IMG/VR virus record: IMGVR_UViG_3300045988_104912
Span: 1-64,000 of that record
From: a virus
Length of the DNA: 64,000 bases
Reading direction: 5' to 3' (one strand)
The position numbers were made by a program, and so were the translations under genes. Positions 1 through 6,006 of this stretch are shown in pieces. Numbering within the stretch: the stretch's first letter is position 1; each line of letters starts with the position of its first letter. The notes under the pieces were generated by a model. That model saw only the letters and a program-made list of their open reading frames with translations. It was not told the DNA's origin and made no database searches.

Positions 1-97
1 AGTAGCTACGTCACCTCACCTGCCATTCACGAATTACGTATTTATCCAATGGCTGTTGCTGTCTTAGTTACGCTTCAAGCAACTACTTTCTTTATAC

Positions 98-346
98 CTA
101 CATGAGACCTCTAACCTTCAGCTTACTCTGTAGATCTACTACAGCAGCTTCAGGGTCAGACATAGGTGTTGATTCAATAAAATCACTGTAGGATGCAACC
201 CACTTGCGATCTTCAGGTAGGTAATCCAGGGTTACACCAACTGAATAGTCATTATCCTGGTCATCAGTAACCAGAATATCACCTTCACCATCCTTAGGGC
301 TGGGATAGAGTACAGGACAGGAAAGTAAGAGATCTGTGAGATTCAT
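98..346 (-). CDS. hypothetical protein (82 aa)
   Basis: ORF track. Lies 2 nt downstream of ORF 349..609 on the same strand. No motif recognised. Confidence 0.5.
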   Translation of the reverse strand: MNLTDLLLSCPVLYPSPKDGEGDILVTDDQDNDYSVGVTLDYLPEDRKWVASYSDFIESTPMSDPEAAVVDLQSKLKVRGLM

Positions 347-348
347 GA

Positions 349-609
349 CTACTTCAGATTTGCGTGAATTTCCTGAATCTTCTTGAACTGATTCTCCGTG
401 AAAGAATTTTGAGCTTTCATATCCATGTAGAATCCCAGTTCAGCATCGCTGATACCATGATTCTTATGGAGGAACTGCAACTCACGGAATGTCAGAAAAC
501 GACCGATGTCCTGAAGAACACGATCTTTGGTGAAGACATTCTTATGCTTCGCCAAATAGGAGCTAAGGAGCGGTATGCTTGTTATCTCTGAATTCTGAAT
601 CTTTTTCAT
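349..609 (-). CDS. hypothetical protein (86 aa)
   Basis: ORF track. ATG start in a same-strand gene array. No motif recognised. Confidence 0.5.
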   Translation of the reverse strand: MKKIQNSEITSIPLLSSYLAKHKNVFTKDRVLQDIGRFLTFRELQFLHKNHGISDAELGFYMDMKAQNSFTENQFKKIQEIHANLK

Positions 610-790
610 GTGAAGTGAGAAAAGTAAGTATTAAACTCTTAGGATTGAGAATAAAAGCAATAATCCATCCCATTACAATATCTATTACTCTCATAAGTAA
701 CAGTACTAATAATGGAATAATAATTAAAGCTAGTATGGATACTAATTCGAAAGGCATACGAATATCATCCAGAACAAGGCTGCAACCCAC
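563..790 (-). CDS. possible small membrane protein (75 aa; alternative ATG at 757)
   Basis: Hydrophobic ORF that overlaps both neighbours by 47 and 49 nt. It could be an AT-rich artefact. Confidence 0.25.
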   Translation of the reverse strand: MGCSLVLDDIRMPFELVSILALIIIPLLVLLLMRVIDIVMGWIIAFILNPKSLILTFLTSHEKDSEFRDNKHTAP

Positions 791-966
791 ATGTAAAGCA
801 TGCGATCTATAGCCAGGGCATTCTTCTTCTTTTGGTACTTCTCATAGGTTGCTGTTGTACCTAAGCCAGGTTCATAGACATCCCTAGGGTTGTTCAGAGT
901 TTGTACCAAGTTGTCCAGGAAGCAAAATGTTGCTACCAGGGCAATGAGCAAAACAATCCAAATCAT
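742..966 (-). CDS. small membrane protein (74 aa)
   Basis: Hydrophobic N- and C-terminal segments. Its ATG shares one base with the stop of ORF 966..1214 (TAATG coupling). Confidence 0.5.
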   Translation of the reverse strand: MIWIVLLIALVATFCFLDNLVQTLNNPRDVYEPGLGTTATYEKYQKKKNALAIDRMLYMWVAALFWMIFVCLSN

Positions 967-1214
967 TATAAATCAGAATTAATGGTAATAGTGCCATGAA
1001 AGGCAGAGAATGAGTTTTTTTCTAATACACTAATTTCTCCAATCTGATAGTCCGGATAATTAGTGTATAATACTACTCCCATAAACTCACTTTCATCTAC
1101 TTCAATTTGACCTTCACACTCATCTGTAACCAAGAAGACTGCTGAATTATTAGTTACAATATCTCCTATGTTAAACTTAGGTTTACCATGAGGACTAATA
1201 CTTACCTTAGCCAT
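966..1214 (-). CDS. hypothetical protein (82 aa)
   Basis: ORF track. Coupled to the downstream ORF. Confidence 0.55.
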   Translation of the reverse strand: MAKVSISPHGKPKFNIGDIVTNNSAVFLVTDECEGQIEVDESEFMGVVLYTNYPDYQIGEISVLEKNSFSAFHGTITINSDL

Positions 1215-1313
1215 TTCTCGTAAATTTAAGTGTTATTGTACAAGATCTCCCACCCAAAAAATATTCCGGGCAGGAGAATCCTTGTATTTAGTTACTTTAG
1301 CGATGGTCATACA

Positions 1314-1541
1314 CTAATAGTGCTGGTCGTTAAAGTGGATGATGGTCTTGAGAATGATGGGATTACCCCATTTGTCCAATACCAGGGAACGTTTCTTCAG
1401 CTTGTCCTCACTGGTATACTTGAAGACATGCTGAATCCGGGAGAAGCGTTTCCCCGGACCGACATTGCTGGGTCGTACTTTGTACATATTTGCACCACGA
1501 CGTGCAGATCGTGCTGCACTTGCTCCTCTTGCTTTTGACAT
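1314..1541 (-). CDS. small basic protein (75 aa; N-terminus 'MSKARGASAARSARRG')
   Basis: Chosen over overlapping ORFs 1230..1538(+) and 1397..1702(-) because it starts 13 nt after the stop of the upstream same-strand gene. Locally G+C-elevated. Confidence 0.5.
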   Translation of the reverse strand: MSKARGASAARSARRGANMYKVRPSNVGPGKRFSRIQHVFKYTSEDKLKKRSLVLDKWGNPIILKTIIHFNDQHY

Positions 1542-1553
1542 GATAATGATGAT

Positions 1554-1841
1554 TTAGTTGGCCATCTTCTTGGCCTGGTTCCGAACGTAATCGTTGAATG
1601 TTTTCTCCATGAATTTCTTGTAGGAGATAGGCTTCTTTCCTGCAAAGAACTTGCAGTTGTAGGAGAGTCGCTGGAATCCCATATTCGATTCATCGATGCC
1701 AATCAGCTCCTGGAAGAGAGGCTTCTTGGTCTTGGGATTGGCGATGACCCTGTGGTTGTAAGAACAACCTCTAAGGTCCATGTTGAGGTCAAAACGCATC
1801 TTCGGTGATGCTTTTCCTGAATTGGGAATAATAGTAAGCAT
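1554..1841 (-). CDS. hypothetical protein (95 aa)
   Basis: ORF track. Same-strand array. G+C-elevated relative to neighbours. Confidence 0.55.
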   Translation of the reverse strand: MLTIIPNSGKASPKMRFDLNMDLRGCSYNHRVIANPKTKKPLFQELIGIDESNMGFQRLSYNCKFFAGKKPISYKKFMEKTFNDYVRNQAKKMAN

Positions 1842-2108
1842 AATGATTTGTGTAATTAAATGTTAGTGATTGTGTGATAAATTATTAAAAATTACTGCAT
1901 CTGACTTAGTTAATTGCTTCCCATTAGAACTATCTGCCGCATTAAAGGGGTGACGCTGGCACTGGTATCTCACGAAGTATACCGAGCTGATAGGCTAATG
2001 GGTTGTGTTCTATATTGACTCCAGATTGTATGTCTTATGAGCCATTATTTAGGGACTGCTACATTCAAAGCAAGTTTAAATAATTTGGATCTAGACAGTA
2101 ATAATTTG

Positions 2109-2288
2109 CTAATTTCTCAAAAAGGTAGGCATCTCTGAGATGTTTACCAATTTGCCAAAGACTCTGATATATTCACCAGCCTTAATACGAGGTCTTTTAG
2201 GACGTTTGTACTTGCTGAGTGCTGATAATACCAAAGCTTTCTTAGCAACCGTAGAATAGGCTAATTTAGCCCTTTTTATAGGTTGCAT
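2109..2288 (-). CDS. small hypothetical protein (59 aa, below the track cut-off)
   Basis: Hand translation 'MQPIKRAKLAYSTVAKKALVLSALSKYKRPKRPRIKAGEYIRVFGKLVNISEMPTFLRN'. ATG start, TAG stop. Confidence 0.3.
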   Translation of the reverse strand: MQPIKRAKLAYSTVAKKALVLSALSKYKRPKRPRIKAGEYIRVFGKLVNISEMPTFLRN

Positions 2289-2403
2289 GGCTCACAATCG
2301 TATCATTATGATTACGCGAAGGGCCCTTTTCGATACGACAGAGGACGAACTGCCGACATTCTTGCATCCTTGATACAAGTCCGTGATGAGTGAAATATTT
2401 CAT
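2266..2403 (-). CDS. small hypothetical protein (45 aa)
   Basis: Hand translation 'MKYFTHHGLVSRMQECRQFVLCRIEKGPSRNHNDTIVSHATYKKG'. Overlaps the next small ORF by 23 nt. Confidence 0.2.
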   Translation of the reverse strand: MKYFTHHGLVSRMQECRQFVLCRIEKGPSRNHNDTIVSHATYKKG

Positions 2404-2416
2404 CTCTTAATAGAGA

Positions 2417-2575
2417 TTAGTTTCTATAGAATATTATAGCTATAATTTCTGCTATTAATCCTATTATAGGAATAAATGCACAAAATTTAATCCAGTCGGG
2501 TATATTATACTCAGCTAAATTAACTAACACACATAGCTGTATACAATACGTTAGGAATAGAAATAATAACATCAT
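2417..2575 (-). CDS. small two-TM membrane protein (52 aa)
   Basis: Hand translation 'MMLLFLFLTYCIQLCVLVNLAEYNIPDWIKFCAFIPIIGLIAEIIAIIFYRN'. Lies directly downstream of tRNA-Met on the same strand. Confidence 0.3.
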   Translation of the reverse strand: MMLLFLFLTYCIQLCVLVNLAEYNIPDWIKFCAFIPIIGLIAEIIAIIFYRN

Positions 2576-2590
2576 AGAGTTAAAATTTAG

Positions 2591-2664
2591 TGGGCCTTAC
2601 CAGGTTTGAACTGATGACCTTCGGATTATGAGTCCGCTGCTCTAACCAGCTGAGCTAAAGGCCC
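2591..2664 (-). tRNA. tRNA-Met (anticodon CAT; could decode Ile if lysidine-modified)
   Basis: The reverse complement folds as GGGCCTT-TA-GCTC-AGCTGGTTA-GAGC-A-GCGGA-CTCATAA-TCCGA-AGGTC-ATCAG-TTCAAAC-CTGGT-AAGGCCC-A. This is a complete cloverleaf, folded by hand. Confidence 0.9.
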
Positions 2665-2671
2665 TAAATTA

Positions 2672-2785
2672 GTTCCTGTAGGGAGATTCGAACTCCCCTG
2701 TCTAAATTATCACCAGAAAGTTATAATGGTGACAAAGTAGCTCTCCATATACCACACAAAGCTAAAGGTGTGTGACTATCAGGAA
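2672..2785 (-). ncRNA. tRNA-like / tRNA-derived element, non-canonical (about 113 nt)
   Basis: The reverse complement has a perfect T-arm, GGGAG-TTCGAAT-CTCCC. A 6-bp acceptor-like closure is present (TTCCTG/CAGGAA). The body is two 7-bp hairpins with 10- and 11-nt loops, not D and anticodon arms. Confidence 0.3.
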
Positions 2786-3067
2786 TCATTTCTCAAGGCA
2801 AAATTATTACCTCGGGCATGATGCAGCTATGACAATTAGTCATACACTGACAGCATTTCAAGCCCAGCTATTGCAGTTAGCCTACCTGTTTATCATTAAC
2901 ATCTGCAAACTGTTAATATTATCAGGTAATATTCATCTTAGACAGGATAATTGGCCTATGATGATGTAGGATTATGCATACCGCCTATGTGAGACAGTTA
3001 AGAGTGCCAAATACGGTTAAAGAACGTTGACAGTATGCACCAGTAGTTAAACATCTCTCAATGGATA

Positions 3068-3436
3068 CTACTGTTTATAGTCTGTACTTGGAGAGTGATA
3101 ATACCAGTAACTAAGACAAGTATGCTCATCTGCAGTGAGACTAAAATCTTGTATGTTCTGGAGACACCATTTGACATACCCAGCATCACTCTTGATAACC
3201 TCTAAGTATGTCTTATACTTGTATTTACCAAAGGTAAATATTCGTAAATCTTCCAAGGTCTTCTGCTTATAATAAGTAATAATATCCTGTGATGGATAAG
3301 TCTTACTTATAGCAGGATTCGTACTCGCAATGACCATAGAACCACTCGTTACTATGATGTGAAAGTAACGCTTCTGATATTGTCCATGACCATATTTGGA
3401 CCTAATGCCTCCTACTAAGACATTATAAGTACTCAA
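3068..3436 (-). CDS. hypothetical protein with DUF3820-like C-terminal motif (122 aa)
   Basis: 'FTFGKYKYKTYLEVIKSDAGYVKWCLQN' resembles the FGKYKG..L.E....Y..W motif of DUF3820 / ExoX-C-terminal-like domains. The only upstream in-frame start is TTG. Confidence 0.55.
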   Translation of the reverse strand: MSTYNVLVGGIRSKYGHGQYQKRYFHIIVTSGSMVIASTNPAISKTYPSQDIITYYKQKTLEDLRIFTFGKYKYKTYLEVIKSDAGYVKWCLQNIQDFSLTADEHTCLSYWYYHSPSTDYKQ

Positions 3437-3646
3437 TTTAAGAGTTAGTGAACAAATTCCATACAGTATATCATTAGCTATTAACGCATATGTTTACATA
3501 AGATTAATACGAAAATGATTCTAAGGTATGAAATTTTGACTGAAATATTCCGAATGGACAGTTACTCCAAAATATATTTTGAGGCTGTAAAAAGTGCCTT
3601 AAAATGCGAAATATAGGGTATTGGGAGATAATCTCTCACTCTGAAC

Positions 3647-3838
3647 TCACAACTTTGCTTTCTTATGCAGAGATTTGGGTAGTTTGAACACTTCCTTGTA
3701 GATATCTACAGGTACAGCATAAGTAGAGTCAGGGCAAGGGTTTGCATTAGTTTCAATACAGAATCTGCATTCACTCCATCTGGGATGTTCCATGACTAAT
3801 TGAATCTCTGGCCAACCGACCATAACATAAGTCTTCAT
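3647..3838 (-). CDS. small Cys-containing protein (63 aa)
   Basis: ORF track. ATG start. Contains 'CRFCIETNANPC'. Confidence 0.45.
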   Translation of the reverse strand: MKTYVMVGWPEIQLVMEHPRWSECRFCIETNANPCPDSTYAVPVDIYKEVFKLPKSLHKKAKL

Positions 3839-3854
3839 GATATAGTAAATTTAT

Positions 3855-3966
3855 GGGGAAAACCTATTTAAAGAAAGGGGGAAAGAGGGGGGATTATAGG
3901 GGGGTAATAGGAGGAGGATTGTTAAGGGGGAGGGAAGAGGGGGGAAGAAAGGGGGGAGGAAGTAGA
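3855..3966. repeat. polypurine tract with multiple G5-G6 runs (plus strand)
   Basis: G runs at 3877-81, 3887-92, 3899-3904, 3926-30, 3939-44 and 3951-56. They are separated by A/G-rich spacers with very few pyrimidines. Confidence 0.9.
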
Positions 3967-4038
3967 GATATTTCTCCAGTTTCCTCACTCCTATTGGATA
4001 TTCCATGACCGAATCATGAGGTATGCCAACCTGAATTT

Positions 4039-4194
4039 TTAGAGCACATAAATGTTCTTCTTAACATCCAGAATCCTGTGGTATCTGCTCATGTAATCAT
4101 GCCAATGAGCGGTGACATATTTACGAGCATCCTTAAGCTGATGAAATGATGCTCGGAACTCTCCGTCGTTCATTTCAACCCGATAACGTTTCAT
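4039..4194 (-). CDS. small hypothetical protein (51 aa)
   Basis: Hand translation 'MKRYRVEMNDGEFRASFHQLKDARKYVTAHWHDYMSRYHRILDVKKNIYVL'. Confidence 0.3.
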   Translation of the reverse strand: MKRYRVEMNDGEFRASFHQLKDARKYVTAHWHDYMSRYHRILDVKKNIYVL

Positions 4195-4284
4195 AGTTTT
4201 GTAGATTATGGTGATGCATACTTGGAGAGATCCAAAAAATATCTCCCCACACCCAAGTGATGAGTGTGAGGAGAAAGAAGCGGC

Positions 4285-4737
4285 CTACTTCAGAGCGAAG
4301 TTGACCTTTCCCGAATTCAGTGCTTCGAGAGTGCTGGTGGCGACTACGACAGCATCGCCAGGGTTGTAGGCAACCATCGAGACCTGGATGCGATCCTCGT
4401 CATCCGTCCAGACAGTCATGCGGGCATTCAGACCCTTCTTGTAGTCCGTGATGGTCGGAACCTTACCGTCGGTGAACGTGTTGGTGAACACGAACTGACT
4501 GCGAGGCGTGTCATCCCCTTCAACCTTGAAGAAGATACGACGCCGGCGAGGATCCTCAACGGGATTGCCCTGCTCGTCACGTACGAACTCACGATCACCA
4601 GTGGGCTCACCATTGGCATCGAGTTTTGCGGTGGACTTGAAGACCGGCTCGATACGAGAGATCACGATGTCCAGATCCGTCTCGTCCTTCCGGAGATTCA
4701 CCGCATACAGCTTGCCGAGAATATCAGCTTTTGCCAT
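4285..4737 (-). CDS. hypothetical protein (150 aa) with strongly G+C-rich, C/G-ending codon usage
   Basis: Clean ORF. First gene of the leftward array. Its composition differs sharply from the rest of the window. Antisense shadow ORFs are typical of a real G+C-rich gene. Confidence 0.75.
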   Translation of the reverse strand: MAKADILGKLYAVNLRKDETDLDIVISRIEPVFKSTAKLDANGEPTGDREFVRDEQGNPVEDPRRRRIFFKVEGDDTPRSQFVFTNTFTDGKVPTITDYKKGLNARMTVWTDDEDRIQVSMVAYNPGDAVVVATSTLEALNSGKVNFALK

Positions 4738-4779
4738 AACTTGATAAGTTTATGATACGTTGTAACCTACTTTGTATTG

Positions 4780-4965
4780 GTGAGGCTACGATTAGACCAA
4801 GAGGTTTCCGTAACTACGGTGCAAGATGCACTGACCGTTCGGTCCTCCGAAGGCTGGCCGGGTCGCGGGCTTTAACACTCCTTGGAAACCTGACGGGGGG
4901 AGAACCCCAAAAGGGAGCCGGGAGGGGGCCTAAGTGGGGAATATGTCACCCTCAAACATTTTCTC
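4780..4965. ncRNA. candidate structured RNA or leader (G+C-rich, hairpin-dense)
   Basis: Hairpins are present at 4819-31 (GTGCA/TGCAC), 4833-44 (GACC/GGTC) and 4897-4908 (GGGG/CCCC). An 8-bp long-range pairing joins 4802-09 and 4884-91. There is no convincing ORF. The strand is undetermined. Confidence 0.3.
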
Positions 4966-5008
4966 CGGAAAAATTTTTTATTGTAGAAAAAATTTTCATT
5001 TTATAAAA

Positions 5009-5040
5009 TTTGGAAATATGGGAAATTTTTTGTATATTGC
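5009..5040 (+). promoter_or_regulatory. possible rightward promoter (degenerate Bacteroidetes type)
   Basis: TTTGGAAAT at 5009 and TATATTGC at 5033-40 have the same spacing as the promoters at 7524 and 15802. The -7 box deviates from TAnnTTTG. Confidence 0.3.
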
Positions 5041-5060
5041 AAAAGTTTTAAATTTACTTT

Positions 5061-5252
5061 ATGAGTAAGAAGAATAATTTAGAGAAGGTGATAGATACTC
5101 TAAGGAAGGAGCAGTCTAGGGCCAGGGAATTAAGTAGTCACAGTACTACTAATGGAGAATTTTACTTTTATGATAGCATTGCCGAGCATTTAGGTGAGGT
5201 TATTCATGAAGTAGCAAGAATTAATGATTTACTAAGTTATGAGCGATCGTAA
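5061..5252 (+). CDS. hypothetical protein (63 aa)
   Basis: ORF track. First rightward gene after the divergent region. Confidence 0.5.
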   Translation: MSKKNNLEKVIDTLRKEQSRARELSSHSTTNGEFYFYDSIAEHLGEVIHEVARINDLLSYERS

Positions 5253-5427
5253 GAAGGTTCTAACACTAGAAGATTTTGAAGAGTTTTTACGGGACTATCC
5301 TTGCTTCGTTGAGAGTTCTGAGAAGTATCCTTTAAGTGAGGATACTTTAACTAAGTTTTTTGAGTATGTTAAAGAAGGTATGCATTATGCGAAAAAGAAG
5401 TGTACAAGTAGGAGAAATAAGAGTTGA
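5239..5427 (+). CDS. hypothetical protein (62 aa)
   Basis: ORF track. ATG overlaps the previous gene end. Confidence 0.45.
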   Translation: MSDRKKVLTLEDFEEFLRDYPCFVESSEKYPLSEDTLTKFFEYVKEGMHYAKKKCTSRRNKS

Positions 5428-5584
5428 GGATTATGATCTTTCTTTAGATTATCTAAGGATCCAGAGACCCAAAGATCTTTTAGATTTACGGTTAACCTAT
5501 GAGGATGGTAAGTTAGTAGAAATATCTACAGATTATAGAATTTTAGTAAAGCCTAGTAAGCGGCATAAACGTAAGAGACGATGA
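5387..5584 (+). CDS. hypothetical protein (65 aa from ATG 5387; the track start at 5360 is TTG)
   Basis: In-frame ATG at 5387. The stop overlaps the next start (ATGA). Confidence 0.4.
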   Translation: MRKRSVQVGEIRVEDYDLSLDYLRIQRPKDLLDLRLTYEDGKLVEISTDYRILVKPSKRHKRKRR

Positions 5585-6006
5585 ATACATTAGTAAAGAT
5601 TAGGAGATGGACTTGGGAATTTCCGCAGAGTTTATTAGGGGCTATATTATTGCCTTTTTATGAGAAGACACGATTAAAAACCTTTGAGTATAGGGATCAG
5701 GAAGTGTATATTTACGATAAATTTCCTGGGGGTATTTCCTTAGGTTATTATGTACTATTAGACTATAATAGATATGATTGGAATAATCAGAATATCAGGC
5801 TTAGTTTAAAGAATTCTGTTAAGCATGAGAGTGGTCATGGCATTCAAAGTAAGTGGTTAGGTCCCTTATATTTACCCACTGTAGGATTGCTTAGTGGATG
5901 TCATAATCTTATTTGCAGGATTAAGGATCGTTATCATAAGCGTTATGATTATTACAAGTTTTTTGTAGAGAGGTCTGCAGATAAACTAGGGGGAGTTGTA
6001 CGATGA
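5581..6006 (+). CDS. small zincin-like protein (141 aa, HExxH)
   Basis: 'VKHESGHGIQS' (HESGH at 5824-5838). ATGA-coupled to both neighbours. Confidence 0.65.
   Translation: MNTLVKIRRWTWEFPQSLLGAILLPFYEKTRLKTFEYRDQEVYIYDKFPGGISLGYYVLLDYNRYDWNNQNIRLSLKNSVKHESGHGIQSKWLGPLYLPTVGLLSGCHNLICRIKDRYHKRYDYYKFFVERSADKLGGVVR

Noticed and set aside
1230-1702. ORFs 1230..1538(+) and 1397..1702(-)
   Set aside because: They overlap ORFs 1314..1541(-) and 1554..1841(-). Those two fit the same-strand operon spacing, while these do not.
1976-2003. Shared ATACCGAGCT 10-mer plus GGCTAAT 7-mer between this intergenic region and the capsid intron (32321-32340)
   Set aside because: The two motifs occur in opposite order at the two sites and form different local hairpins. 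The region lies among minus-strand genes with no split ORF. This is too little to call a third intron or a remnant; a covariance-model scan would be needed.
2772-2969. 65-aa plus-strand ORF
   Set aside because: Its start overlaps the tRNA-like element. It lies on the opposite strand to all neighbouring genes and has no start context.
3568-3581. Perfect 14-bp palindrome CAAAATATATTTTG between leftward genes
   Set aside because: It is pure AT-rich sequence in an AT-rich spacer, it could arise by chance, and no second copy was seen. It is noted only as a possible operator.
4428-4744. ORFs 4428..4619(-) and 4508..4744(+), which overlap the 150-aa gene
   Set aside because: These are alternative-frame and antisense shadows inside a G+C-rich gene. 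Their products are low-complexity and Arg/Ser/Pro-rich. The 4285..4737 frame has a clean start and a protein-like composition.
4870-4950. Hammerhead or twister self-cleaving ribozyme
   Set aside because: 'CUGACGG' does not satisfy the hammerhead CUGANGA core. For twister, only a P2-like CACU/AGUG pairing could be drawn, with no P1 or pseudoknots. It is kept only as a generic structured-RNA candidate.
4752-5006. 84-aa plus-strand ORF across the G+C-rich intergenic element
   Set aside because: The product is Arg/Gly/Leu-rich low-complexity. It has no promoter or start context, and it runs through stacked hairpins. It is better explained as structured noncoding sequence.
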